A stretch of 64,000 bases of DNA from a virus, in the IMG/VR virus record IMGVR_UViG_3300045988_173726, positions 200,604-264,603 of that record. One strand, written 5' to 3'. Below, in pieces: positions 23,869-32,595 of this stretch. Each line of letters starts with the position of its first letter. The stretch's first letter is position 1. A program made the position numbers and the translations under genes. Under the pieces are notes generated by a model. It was not told where the DNA came from, made no database searches, and worked only from the letters and a program-made list of their open reading frames with translations.

Positions 23869-25587
23869 ATGAGAAAAGTAGTAGCTCGGATTACCGAGGA
23901 CAAAGTAGAGAGGTTTGTGGTAGCAGACACGGAGACGCTTTCGGTAGACGAGGTTTATAAGGACGAGTTAGCGACTTACGGGTTTAGCGAGGCAGACTGC
24001 TCGGATATTATGGCATTATATTGTGGCGGAAAGAGTGAATTTTACGGGATTGCTGACTTTGTAGACACAGAGTATGCGTGGATTCTTGAGGTGTCTAATA
24101 GCGGGACGCTTAACTATCTTCGTAAGAAAGCAGAGCTTGATTACGGAGAGGTGCACTCTATTCTTGATAAGAACCTTGAGAATCATTACTTTGCGCTTGA
24201 GATTCCTGCAACAGACGGAGTTTACGCGGAGCTTGCATCATTTAAGAATCGCATCCGAGGCGAGTTTATGCTTAGAGGGTCTGGAGATGTTAATCTCGAC
24301 ATTGTAAGAAAGACGATTAGCGTGTGTAGTGGAAGTGGAAATGCAGTAATTCCGAAGGTAGACGGGATTGAGACGCTTGAGGGGTTCATTGGGTATAGGA
24401 ATCGGCGTGTTCTAGTCGGAGATGGGATAAAGCGAGTGCTTGGCGGTGGGCTTGATGGTTTAGTGGTAGTCGGAGAGAAACTTTGCATTCAAGAGATTGT
24501 AGGGGTTAATTACAGTGTTTCTTTCGATGGTGCGTGTTATTTTGAAAGCCCTGTTAAGATTACGGGTAATATTACTGTAGCTGACTTCTCGGAGTTGTCT
24601 ATTAATGTAAAGAGGATTTGTACATACGGAATTACGCTCTCTGGGACGGACTCGCCTGTATCGTTACGCCTTTACTCGAGCGTTGATGGCGTGGTTGAAA
24701 GGGACGGAATAAATTTTGGTATGTTTGATAACGCTCGGCTTACGCTCGAGGACGGTCTTAGTTTGTGCGGTCATAGCATATACGGAAGTTTAACAGAGCT
24801 TATCTTAGACGGTGAAATTGCGACTTTAGACGATGAGTCCCCGTTTAGCGGTTCGATAGAGCGGGTAGTCATTACAGAGAAGTGTAAGGAGTTGCCGCCG
24901 TATTTGTTTTATGGATTGAGTATTGGGAGTATAGAGATTCTTCCAAGGGAAACGCCGTTATATATCGGAGCGTGTGCGCTTACGACAAAGGATTTGCTTA
25001 GGACGGACGGCTATTCTGGGTTTATTGGGTCGGTTTTTAGTAATGAGAGAGTCGTGTTGCGTGAGGACGCGCTTAATGGAGCGCATATTTCCTTGGCAGT
25101 TGGGGTAGATATAGCGTGTAAAGCAGAGACAAGAGCATTTAGGGGTGTAACATTTGCGGATACGCAAGTTCGTGTTACTGCTGGTAGCGAAGATTCGTTT
25201 TTGTTCAGCGGGACAGAGTTTTTAAGCTGTAAGATAGAGCTTCCGTGCTATACGAATGGTATGTTTTACGATGCAAAGCTGATTTGGTGTAGGTTAGCAG
25301 TAAAGGGAAAGAAGAAAGCGCTTGACTGGGGCTTGTTCTGTGGGGCTACTGTTGATGTAGAGAATATAGTAGATACCTTTAACTTAGACTCTGGAGAACT
25401 CACGCTTATGCCTTTTAGCATAGACAATGCTCGGTTTATTCGTTTCGGGAGTGAACAATTTAGCGCGGTTAGTCTTGTGGCAGACAAAGCTACAGAAGCC
25501 GAGAAAGAGATTAAGCGGGCAGAAATCGTGTGTGACAGAGGGTTTACTGTTTACGCTAGCCTCCCGTCTGGGGTAAAGATTTTTTAA
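23869..25587 (+). CDS. BspA-type leucine-rich-repeat protein
   Basis: Repeated 'x(I/V)xIPxxVxxIGxxAFxGC'-like units, for example 'IERVVITEKCKELPPYLFYGLSIGSIEILPRETPLYIGACAL'. Confidence 0.55.
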   Translation: MRKVVARITEDKVERFVVADTETLSVDEVYKDELATYGFSEADCSDIMALYCGGKSEFYGIADFVDTEYAWILEVSNSGTLNYLRKKAELDYGEVHSILDKNLENHYFALEIPATDGVYAELASFKNRIRGEFMLRGSGDVNLDIVRKTISVCSGSGNAVIPKVDGIETLEGFIGYRNRRVLVGDGIKRVLGGGLDGLVVVGEKLCIQEIVGVNYSVSFDGACYFESPVKITGNITVADFSELSINVKRICTYGITLSGTDSPVSLRLYSSVDGVVERDGINFGMFDNARLTLEDGLSLCGHSIYGSLTELILDGEIATLDDESPFSGSIERVVITEKCKELPPYLFYGLSIGSIEILPRETPLYIGACALTTKDLLRTDGYSGFIGSVFSNERVVLREDALNGAHISLAVGVDIACKAETRAFRGVTFADTQVRVTAGSEDSFLFSGTEFLSCKIELPCYTNGMFYDAKLIWCRLAVKGKKKALDWGLFCGATVDVENIVDTFNLDSGELTLMPFSIDNARFIRFGSEQFSAVSLVADKATEAEKEIKRAEIVCDRGFTVYASLPSGVKIF

Positions 25588-25590
25588 GCC

Positions 25591-25619
25591 TTGACTAGCC
25601 AAGAGTAAAAATTTAATTT
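25591..25619 (+). promoter_or_regulatory. Possible sigma70-like promoter
   Basis: TTGACT, 17-nt spacer, TAATTT, just after the stop of 23869..25587. Confidence 0.35.
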
Positions 25620-25683
25620 GTAGTAAAATGCTTGATTTTCTACCAACTTATGCTATATTAGTAGGCAAGGGGGATGTCGAGTC

Positions 25684-26517
25684 ATGCGAGTCTGGAATGA
25701 ATATGCTACAGAGTATTGCGCGAAGCGGGAAGAACTTCTTTCGGAGCTTACAGGACGGTATCGGGCGGCAGAGGAGAGCGGGGACGCAGAGGCACAGTTT
25801 AACTGTATGCTTGCACTGATGCGTTATAAGCTCGTTTCGAAGGGCAGTGAGTTGGTGTCCAAAGAGGCGTTTTCCCAAGTAAAGCGAGCGGCAAAGGGGA
25901 ACGCGCGGATTTCCGACTATGAGACGAAGAAGCGCCGTCCTCCGAAGGTAACGGATGTGTCGGACGCATGGCTTGAGGCTTACGGTTATGAGAGTAACCC
26001 TTACGATTATCGAACTAGCGGGAACGGGCAGTATTTGCCGAGTCGTGTCGGGTTTGTCGGGGATAGTTTTACGGTTGTTCGAGTGAAGTATGGCGAGCGA
26101 ACGGTGCGAAGAGAAGAGTATGGTCGTATCGGGGAACAGAAGATAGACGAAGGCGAGGTTTCATATAAACTCGGGAGTACTAGCCTATCTGGGGCGGCGA
26201 AACGCTATGCAGAGGGCATGAAAGGTTTGTATGAGCGGCTTAGAAAAGAGCGCCTAGACCTTTCATTAAACTTTTCAAATGGGGAATCTGGCATTTCAGA
26301 GATAGTTCTTCACGAGCATAACGCCTATCAGTTAAAGAGTATCGGATATGTTGTTTATTGCTACGGAGATAGGCGCGTTCGGGTTTATGTGCTTTTGGAT
26401 AGTGAGGGCTTGGGGGCTTGTAAGATAAGCGAAGATGAGACATTTTCGCGCATTGAGCAGGCGTTGATTAAGCATTACGAGGCGCTAGGGAGCAAAATAG
26501 AGGTAGTAAAGCTGTAA
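25684..26517 (+). CDS. Hypothetical protein
   Basis: Long ORF with the local codon style. No family recognised. Confidence 0.5.
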   Translation: MRVWNEYATEYCAKREELLSELTGRYRAAEESGDAEAQFNCMLALMRYKLVSKGSELVSKEAFSQVKRAAKGNARISDYETKKRRPPKVTDVSDAWLEAYGYESNPYDYRTSGNGQYLPSRVGFVGDSFTVVRVKYGERTVRREEYGRIGEQKIDEGEVSYKLGSTSLSGAAKRYAEGMKGLYERLRKERLDLSLNFSNGESGISEIVLHEHNAYQLKSIGYVVYCYGDRRVRVYVLLDSEGLGACKISEDETFSRIEQALIKHYEALGSKIEVVKL

Positions 26518-26528
26518 GGGGGGAAGAG

Positions 26529-27341
26529 ATGAGACTTGGCAGGGGTCTAATCGTAAAGGTTGCGGTCGGTGTAGTGGCTCTTGGGCTTGTCGGGTTTTGG
26601 GCGAGTTCAATCATTCGTGACAAGGCAGAGCGGGAGTATGAGAGGCGAGAGACAGTTGCAAAGGCGGCATATGACGGGAGCGGAATAAAGGCAGACATAA
26701 CTTCCGTTAAGGTCGCATTTGCGGTGCGGAAAGAGGGAGTTTATTCAGCTTTCTCTGGGGATTCGTTTCTCGGTTTATCAGTGGACAAGTGGGATAGAAG
26801 CTATGTCAGTAACTACACAAGTAGTAGTACGGATAAAGACGGAAACAATTCCTATCATAGCCACTCACAGCTAGTGAAGCAGATACGGTATCTTTATAGC
26901 ACATCTATTGCGCTTAATAACTCTTTAGAGTCAGAATTAGACAAAGAGGCAGGGTTTAAGGTTACAAACAGTAAGGGAAAGAGCTTTTCTGTAAAGGTAG
27001 CCGCAAAGTATGGCTACTCAAGAAATAGCTATTGCATTACGGCGAAGGCTTCAAACGGCAGAGACTTAGGCGTAGCCGAGGTAACGGTTCGACTTAGCGG
27101 TTTAGTTCCGAATAAGAATTACGCTATGGCGGGAGTCCCGTTTACTGCGGGGTCGGATGGAACGGCAGAAGTTTCGTTTAACACAGTAGACAGAGGCTTT
27201 GAGAATCCAGACACTTTTGGTCGGGTTACGAAGTATAGTCTAATGAGCCTAGACAGTAAGGGGAACGCAAAGACAGAGATGACGATTATAATTCCAGAGG
27301 CGCATATCAAGGGATTTATTTGGAATTTCCCGCGCATATAA
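26529..27341 (+). CDS. TM-anchored beta-domain family paralog
   Basis: TM 'VAVGVVALGLVGFWASSII'. C-terminal 'VRLSGLVPNKNYAMAGVPFTAGSDGTAEVSFNTVDRG'. Confidence 0.6.
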   Translation: MRLGRGLIVKVAVGVVALGLVGFWASSIIRDKAEREYERRETVAKAAYDGSGIKADITSVKVAFAVRKEGVYSAFSGDSFLGLSVDKWDRSYVSNYTSSSTDKDGNNSYHSHSQLVKQIRYLYSTSIALNNSLESELDKEAGFKVTNSKGKSFSVKVAAKYGYSRNSYCITAKASNGRDLGVAEVTVRLSGLVPNKNYAMAGVPFTAGSDGTAEVSFNTVDRGFENPDTFGRVTKYSLMSLDSKGNAKTEMTIIIPEAHIKGFIWNFPRI

Positions 27342-27352
27342 GGGGGGCAGGG

Positions 27353-28159
27353 ATGAGTTTACTAGATTACTCGGGGCTTTTACAGAGAGCTGGCGAGACG
27401 AAAGGTATAAGCAAGAGCGAGTCAAGCGTAGGCACGCATAAGGGTCTTACCGAAGAAGAGAAAGCCGAGATATTCGCGCGAGTAGACAGGGAGTTTCGAG
27501 GTCGGGAGTGCAGACGGGTTCAGTTAATCGGTTTAGCGGCTATGGTGCTTTCGGTTGTTCTCGCGATAGGCGGGATACGGTATCTAAACTCGCATAGTGT
27601 AGCTATCGGGGCGCGGTTTATGGGAGTTACGGTAAGTCGTGTGGTGGATACAGCTTCTACTGGGGAGACAGGGAACGATGACATAGCGCTTCTTCCGAGT
27701 AACTCGCTTTCTGACGGTAGGGTAGTAGAGAGCTATCGGTTAAGCGGGATACTGCATGAGATAGACGAAAACAATGCAGTTAAGAATAACGGCGACCGTT
27801 TTCTAAAGGAGTCGTTTAGCGTTGGCGGGGCATTACGGCAGATAGACTTAGCTGTAGCCTATGACGGTGGTTCTGCGACTTATACCTTAAAGAAAGCCAA
27901 GTTGTCTGGGGAGTTTGGTGTATCTGATTTAGGCATTTCGGAGATTGAGCTGTCTCTCGGCGGTCTAAGTACGGATAGCAAGTATCTGTTAAACGATAGT
28001 CCTGTAGATGTTTTGTCAGACGGAACGGCTACGGCAGTATTAAAGCTAGCTAACTACGGGTTAAGTAGCGGGCAGAAGTTTACTTTGTATCGAGTAGACG
28101 GTACGAACAAGGTGCGGACGCTACGGTTTATCATTCCCGCAATCGGGAAAAGGGGGTAA
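27353..28159 (+). CDS. TM-anchored beta-domain family paralog
   Basis: ATG sits behind RBS 'aagggggg'; the track start is 27320. TM 'LIGLAAMVLSVVLAIGGI'. C-terminal 'LSLGGLSTDSKYLLNDSPVDVLSDGTATAVLKLANYG'. Confidence 0.55.
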   Translation: MSLLDYSGLLQRAGETKGISKSESSVGTHKGLTEEEKAEIFARVDREFRGRECRRVQLIGLAAMVLSVVLAIGGIRYLNSHSVAIGARFMGVTVSRVVDTASTGETGNDDIALLPSNSLSDGRVVESYRLSGILHEIDENNAVKNNGDRFLKESFSVGGALRQIDLAVAYDGGSATYTLKKAKLSGEFGVSDLGISEIELSLGGLSTDSKYLLNDSPVDVLSDGTATAVLKLANYGLSSGQKFTLYRVDGTNKVRTLRFIIPAIGKRG

Positions 28160-28162
28160 TGA

Positions 28163-28912
28163 GTGAGCGGTTTGTTATCCGTTTTGGGAGTAATCGGTAA
28201 ATTAGGGATTCTTCTGATTATTTTGATTCTTCTAGCAGTACTGTCTTATCTGATTTTGAATAAGAGTTTCCCGTGGTTTAGAAACTTTAATGTGAACGCA
28301 TTTAAGCCAAGTGAGCGCAGAGAGCGGTCTAGCGAGGAAGCATATTTAGCCGCTTTGGAGAGCGGTGAGGTAGTAGCGCCGAAGGTGACTGTGAAAGAAA
28401 TTTCGTTGGCTACAAGAACAAGAGGTTTCGCTAGGATTTTTCAGATTACAAACAGTGGTTTGAAGGAATTGAAGGAAACAACGCATTGTTGCGAGCTGGG
28501 AGGTCTGTATTCGGCGTGGTGGGATTCTGATAGTGTGAGTCTATCCGATAGCCCCTTTACTGGAAGCGAGAAGTATCGGTTTTTAGGCGTTTTGAGTAAT
28601 GGAAATCGCGTTCAGTTTCACTTACATGAGCGGTACCAAGACAACGGGAAGTTATATGAAATTTCTTCATCTGTGTGTCTTGGCGCACGCAAAGTAGTAT
28701 TTACAATATCAAATCTAACGCCTAATGCTACTTATCTTCTTGACGAGGTAACACATACGGCGGATGAGAGCGGTTGTATCACTCAATCCTTCCGGCATAA
28801 AGATAGCCACGGTTGGCTCTTTGATGGTGTGTATCATCTTCGCAGATTGGATAGCTACGATTTTACAGATATTATTGACATAAAGCTTTCGTTATGGAGA
28901 CCAAACGAATAA
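28163..28912 (+). CDS. TM-anchored beta-domain family paralog (divergent)
   Basis: TM 'LGVIGKLGILLIILILLAVLSYLIL'. C-terminal 'FTISNLTPNATYLLDEVTHTADESGCITQSF'. Confidence 0.5.
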   Translation: MSGLLSVLGVIGKLGILLIILILLAVLSYLILNKSFPWFRNFNVNAFKPSERRERSSEEAYLAALESGEVVAPKVTVKEISLATRTRGFARIFQITNSGLKELKETTHCCELGGLYSAWWDSDSVSLSDSPFTGSEKYRFLGVLSNGNRVQFHLHERYQDNGKLYEISSSVCLGARKVVFTISNLTPNATYLLDEVTHTADESGCITQSFRHKDSHGWLFDGVYHLRRLDSYDFTDIIDIKLSLWRPNE

Positions 28913-28964
28913 CCGCCAATAAAACCATAGAGGTTTTGCACAGTAAACTAAGAAAAGGAGAGAT

Positions 28965-29117
28965 ATGCAGAAGAGTTATCGTGAGTTACAGCATTTGCGA
29001 GAGGAGCTTGAGGAAGCGCTTTCAGAGTGTGAGGAGTCCGAGAGGAAGAAACTTTCGGATAAGTTACGAGGTGTGATGAAGCAGTTACAGCAGTATGAGG
29101 ACGAACGCTTAATCTAA
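28965..29117 (+). CDS. Small coiled-coil protein (50 aa), not in ORF track
   Basis: ATG sits behind RBS 'aaaggagag'. Product 'MQKSYRELQHLREELEEALSECEESERKKLSDKLRGVMKQLQQYEDERLI'. Preferred over the overlapping track ORF 28894..29076. Confidence 0.4.
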   Translation: MQKSYRELQHLREELEEALSECEESERKKLSDKLRGVMKQLQQYEDERLI

Positions 29118-29142
29118 GACAACAGAAAGAGAGGTAGACGGG

Positions 29143-29415
29143 ATGGTGACGATACGGTTACGGACGCTTGCGGATTGCAAGGATTTTGTGGATTTAGTCG
29201 GGTCTGGAAAGTACGAGGAATGCACAGTGGATGTTTACCTCGGAGACCAGAGGTCTAAGGTTACGGTAGATGGAAAGTCCTTGCTCGGGATAATGAGTTT
29301 AGAGCCGAACAAGGTGCTTAATGTTACGGTTTCAAGCTTTGATAGCGATTTAGCTACAGAGTTAGAACATAAAATAGGTGAGAAATTCGGAGGACAAGAG
29401 CATGGATGCAATTAA
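29143..29415 (+). CDS. HPr-fold-like small protein (no active-site His recognised)
   Basis: 'VTVDGKSLLGIMSLEPNKVLNVTVSSFDSDLATELEHKI' resembles the HPr 'vnaKSimgvmsLgi..g..i.i.a.G.De' region. The N-terminal His15 region is not conserved. Confidence 0.4.
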   Translation: MVTIRLRTLADCKDFVDLVGSGKYEECTVDVYLGDQRSKVTVDGKSLLGIMSLEPNKVLNVTVSSFDSDLATELEHKIGEKFGGQEHGCN

Positions 29416-29560
29416 CAGGTTTAACCACGGTGACAAGGACGGAAAGAACGAGGCAGACGGGCTGGATAGCTTGAATCTCGACTTAGACATTGAGGATGGC
29501 GAAGAGGTCGAGGGTCTTGATGATGACGACAGTCTGTTTGCGAATCCAGAGGAGGAGTGA
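29402..29560 (+). CDS. Small acidic protein
   Basis: 'MDAINRFNHGDKDG...DLDIEDGEEVEGLDDDDSLFANPEEE'. The track start is 29378. Confidence 0.4.
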   Translation: MDAINRFNHGDKDGKNEADGLDSLNLDLDIEDGEEVEGLDDDDSLFANPEEE

Positions 29561-29562
29561 GA

Positions 29563-30516
29563 ATGGGGAGAAAGAAACGGGTAGGTAGCTCTACGGAGAA
29601 CGACCGCGACATTCTTGCGGATTTAGGTAGTTTGTCGGACAAAGATTTCGACACGGCTAATGATTTGCCTTTTGACTTGGATTTGGATGACGAAGAGGAT
29701 GCAGACGAGGAAGCCGTTGATAACGGCATGAGCGAAGAGGACGCGGCAAAGCGTGTCGCAGAGCTTCTATCGGGTCTTTTTGAGGCGGCGGGTCATAAGG
29801 GCGCTAAACAGAAAGACGCAGTGTCTAAGTCGGGCGACAGTGACGCAGAGATTGACGCTATGGTGTCTAAGGCGGCTTCTAAGGTTGGAAAGGCGTTAAA
29901 GAAGGCAAAGCGCGGTGCAGAGGTCGGTAAGAAAGGTCTTGAGACAGCGGCAGAGAGTGTTACAGAGTCGGAGGCATTTAAGAAGCTTGTAGACAGTGTT
30001 TATCGCGCGATGGAAGTCGCAAAGGTTGGCGCTGATAAGGTGAAGGATGCCGTAAAGAGAGAGGAGACAGAGACTAAGTGCGAGGAGTTTGATACAGTTC
30101 GCACGGAGTCCGAGTCTTTGGATTATGACAATCTGCTTGCCACAGTAGGTTTATCGAAGCCGACCAAAGAGGGGAGCGCGACAGAGGTACTGAACGAGGC
30201 TCTTACAGCGATTAGTGAGAAGTATCGTGGGCTTTCTGGAACAGTGATTGAGGAAGCGCTTCTTGCGGCTTTGGCGGCAGACACAGAGAGCCGCTTAAAC
30301 GGCAAGGTCGTTGAGACAGAGAACAGGCTTCTTACCTATCGTGTCCGTAGCTTAGTGAATCTTAGTGCTGAACTGCGCGAGTCTATTAGCTCTTGTATGC
30401 TCACAGCGAGCGAGTATATTGAGTTAAAAGAGAAGGTTGAGAAGCTTGACAAGCAGATTGCGGGGCTTCGGGAGATTAATGCCGAGTTTACGAGACTTGG
30501 GAAGAAATCCCGATAA
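29563..30516 (+). CDS. Acidic / coiled-coil protein
   Basis: ATG sits behind 'gaggagg'; the track start is 29557. D/E-rich N terminus and a helical K/E/A-rich body. Confidence 0.5.
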   Translation: MGRKKRVGSSTENDRDILADLGSLSDKDFDTANDLPFDLDLDDEEDADEEAVDNGMSEEDAAKRVAELLSGLFEAAGHKGAKQKDAVSKSGDSDAEIDAMVSKAASKVGKALKKAKRGAEVGKKGLETAAESVTESEAFKKLVDSVYRAMEVAKVGADKVKDAVKREETETKCEEFDTVRTESESLDYDNLLATVGLSKPTKEGSATEVLNEALTAISEKYRGLSGTVIEEALLAALAADTESRLNGKVVETENRLLTYRVRSLVNLSAELRESISSCMLTASEYIELKEKVEKLDKQIAGLREINAEFTRLGKKSR

Positions 30517-30533
30517 GGTTTGGAGGTGCCGAA

Positions 30534-32495
30534 ATGCAGAGAGAGCGTTTAACGCTTGCTGTGCTTGTAGGTGCGATGGTGCTTGGCTTGTCTGGGTGCA
30601 GAGATACAGGGCATCGTAAACAGAATAACGATTATGTGGTAGGGTACATAGATAAAAATATGTACCCTATTTATAATTTGCGACAGGATGCTAAGTTCAC
30701 TTATCGTGCAAACGAGCCGTTAGAAGTAGAGTGCTTCACAGACAGCAGTTTATCCGAGGATTCAAAGGCAGAAATCATTGTAACGCCAGACGGAGCAGAG
30801 TCTAAGAGTAGGGATGGTGTGCTTTATACGGTACAGCCCGTAAGGGAATGGGAGCGGGATAAGGCATATTACCTTAGGGTCGGAAAGACGGTAATACCGT
30901 TTCGGACAGCTTCGATTGCGGAGAAGCCCGTGCTTGGGTATAGCATTTCAGATAACGGGGAGTTGAGCCTTATCTGGAGCGAGGTAGCAGGGGCTACGGG
31001 GTATAAGATATATAAGTCGGGTCGGGATTTATGTACAGTTCCGAGCAGTCCGCTCCTGTTTCGGGATTTTTCTCTAAACGGCTCGCACGGAATCGGGAAA
31101 GTGAGTAACGAGGTTACGCTGTATCAGAACTACGGGTTAGCGTGGGACGATGTTTATTCGGTTTCGGCGGTAGTCGGGGATAGGGAGAGTGCAGAGAGTA
31201 ATCGTTTAGCGATAGCGGATATTGCGGGGATGTTGCCTGTTAAGATAAGCGAGGACACGCTAAAGGTAGGTTCAGAGGTTTCGAGGACGAAGGATTTGCC
31301 GCGTTCGGTCGGGGTAGAGATGCTAGACGGCGGGGTAGTGCGGCAGAGCATTGAGTATGAGATAGACGATTCGACAAGGTATAACAGTAATGTGTATTAC
31401 GGTTATCATGTGCTTGGGACAGAGCTTCGGGGTTATGTTGAGATAGCTGTCGGAGACAGAGGAGCATTGCAGGGTAGGATTGAGAACGGAATCGAGACTT
31501 ATGCAGATGCGATGTCGCCGCTTGCTGTTAAGCAGGACGGGGGAAAAGAGCTTTGGGGAGCTGTAAAGTCGGTTTATCTAAATGCCTATGTAAGTAAGGG
31601 CGAGGGAGAGAGCGAGAGTGCTGGCTTTGAAGAGTATTTGATAAGCGCTTTGAAAGCACACGAGACAGAGATAAGTCTTAAGGGGTATCCAGAGTTTACG
31701 GATACGGATAGCTTGCAGGGGGCTGTAACGCGGGCTTTGTCGCAGAATCTAATTTACGGGGTCGAGCGGGTAGCCTTAAACTCCGATAGGACGGGTTTAA
31801 CGGTAGAGTATACGGATAAGGCGTTTGAGCGTCAGGTAGAGATATACAAGTCGATTTCTGGGGTGAAGATAGACGGCTTGTCGGATATGGATGCGGAAGC
31901 CAAAGAGGATGCGCTTTATAAGTATGTGAATGACAACTTCCAGTATGAGGAGGGGTCAGATATATACGATATGGTAACAGAGGGAAGAGGGGACGCGGTA
32001 GCATATGCGCAGTATTTCAAGGATTTGTGCCGATATAACGGGGTAGACGCAGACATTGTAACGGGGTGTATGTACGGCAGGCGACACACTTGGAACAGCG
32101 TAAAGCTCGGGGATTCTATCGTTTATGTAGATGCGGTAAACTGCTTTAAGAATACAGGCGTTACGCGAATTTGTTATAACATGAGTCCCGAGTATGCGAA
32201 GAGTGTCGGGTATGTAAGCGACAGGTTTATAGAGGGAAGTGATAACAGCCACGAGTATTACAGCCAGAACGGGCTTGTAGCCACGAATTTAGAGGAGTAT
32301 AGGAATCTGGTTCGGGGAGAGCTTGATAAGGGCAAGAAGGTAATCACGATTCGGTATACGGGAGATGAAATTCCGTCTGGTGAGATAACGAGTAATGTAG
32401 CGGAGGTATATAAGGCGGCTGGGAAAGAGAGTTTATTAAAGACGCTTCGGTTTGGGGACGGGTTAGGCTATTATGTCCTCTGGAACGAAGAATAA
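30534..32495 (+). CDS. Lipoprotein with FN3-like and transglutaminase-like core domains
   Basis: Lipobox 'VLGLSGC|R'. FN3-like 'LSLIWSEVAGATGYKIYKSG'. Transglutaminase-core-like 'GRGDAVAYAQYFKDLCRYNGVDADIVTG...RRHTWNSVKLGDSIVYVDAVN'. Confidence 0.6.
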   Translation: MQRERLTLAVLVGAMVLGLSGCRDTGHRKQNNDYVVGYIDKNMYPIYNLRQDAKFTYRANEPLEVECFTDSSLSEDSKAEIIVTPDGAESKSRDGVLYTVQPVREWERDKAYYLRVGKTVIPFRTASIAEKPVLGYSISDNGELSLIWSEVAGATGYKIYKSGRDLCTVPSSPLLFRDFSLNGSHGIGKVSNEVTLYQNYGLAWDDVYSVSAVVGDRESAESNRLAIADIAGMLPVKISEDTLKVGSEVSRTKDLPRSVGVEMLDGGVVRQSIEYEIDDSTRYNSNVYYGYHVLGTELRGYVEIAVGDRGALQGRIENGIETYADAMSPLAVKQDGGKELWGAVKSVYLNAYVSKGEGESESAGFEEYLISALKAHETEISLKGYPEFTDTDSLQGAVTRALSQNLIYGVERVALNSDRTGLTVEYTDKAFERQVEIYKSISGVKIDGLSDMDAEAKEDALYKYVNDNFQYEEGSDIYDMVTEGRGDAVAYAQYFKDLCRYNGVDADIVTGCMYGRRHTWNSVKLGDSIVYVDAVNCFKNTGVTRICYNMSPEYAKSVGYVSDRFIEGSDNSHEYYSQNGLVATNLEEYRNLVRGELDKGKKVITIRYTGDEIPSGEITSNVAEVYKAAGKESLLKTLRFGDGLGYYVLWNEE

Positions 32496-32516
32496 CGAAA
32501 AGGGTAACAAGAGAAC

Positions 32517-32595
32517 AAAGCATACACTCTAAAATACCGACCTAGATTTTTGGCGTTGTAATGAAAATCTGGGAGGTGCATAGAGTGTATGCTTT
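32517..32595 (+). promoter_or_regulatory. Long bipartite hairpin sequestering the SD and AUG of gene 32589
   Basis: The outer 15-bp perfect stem pairs 32517-32531 with 32581-32595 and contains ATG 32589-32591. The inner 10-bp stem pairs 32541-32550 with 32564-32573 and overlaps SD 'gggagg'. Confidence 0.6.

Noticed and set aside
28894-29076. Track ORF 28894..29076 (60 aa).
   Set aside because: It overlaps the end of gene 28163..28912 with no RBS. The alternative frame has a clean RBS, an ATG and a coiled-coil ORF (28965..29117), which I preferred.
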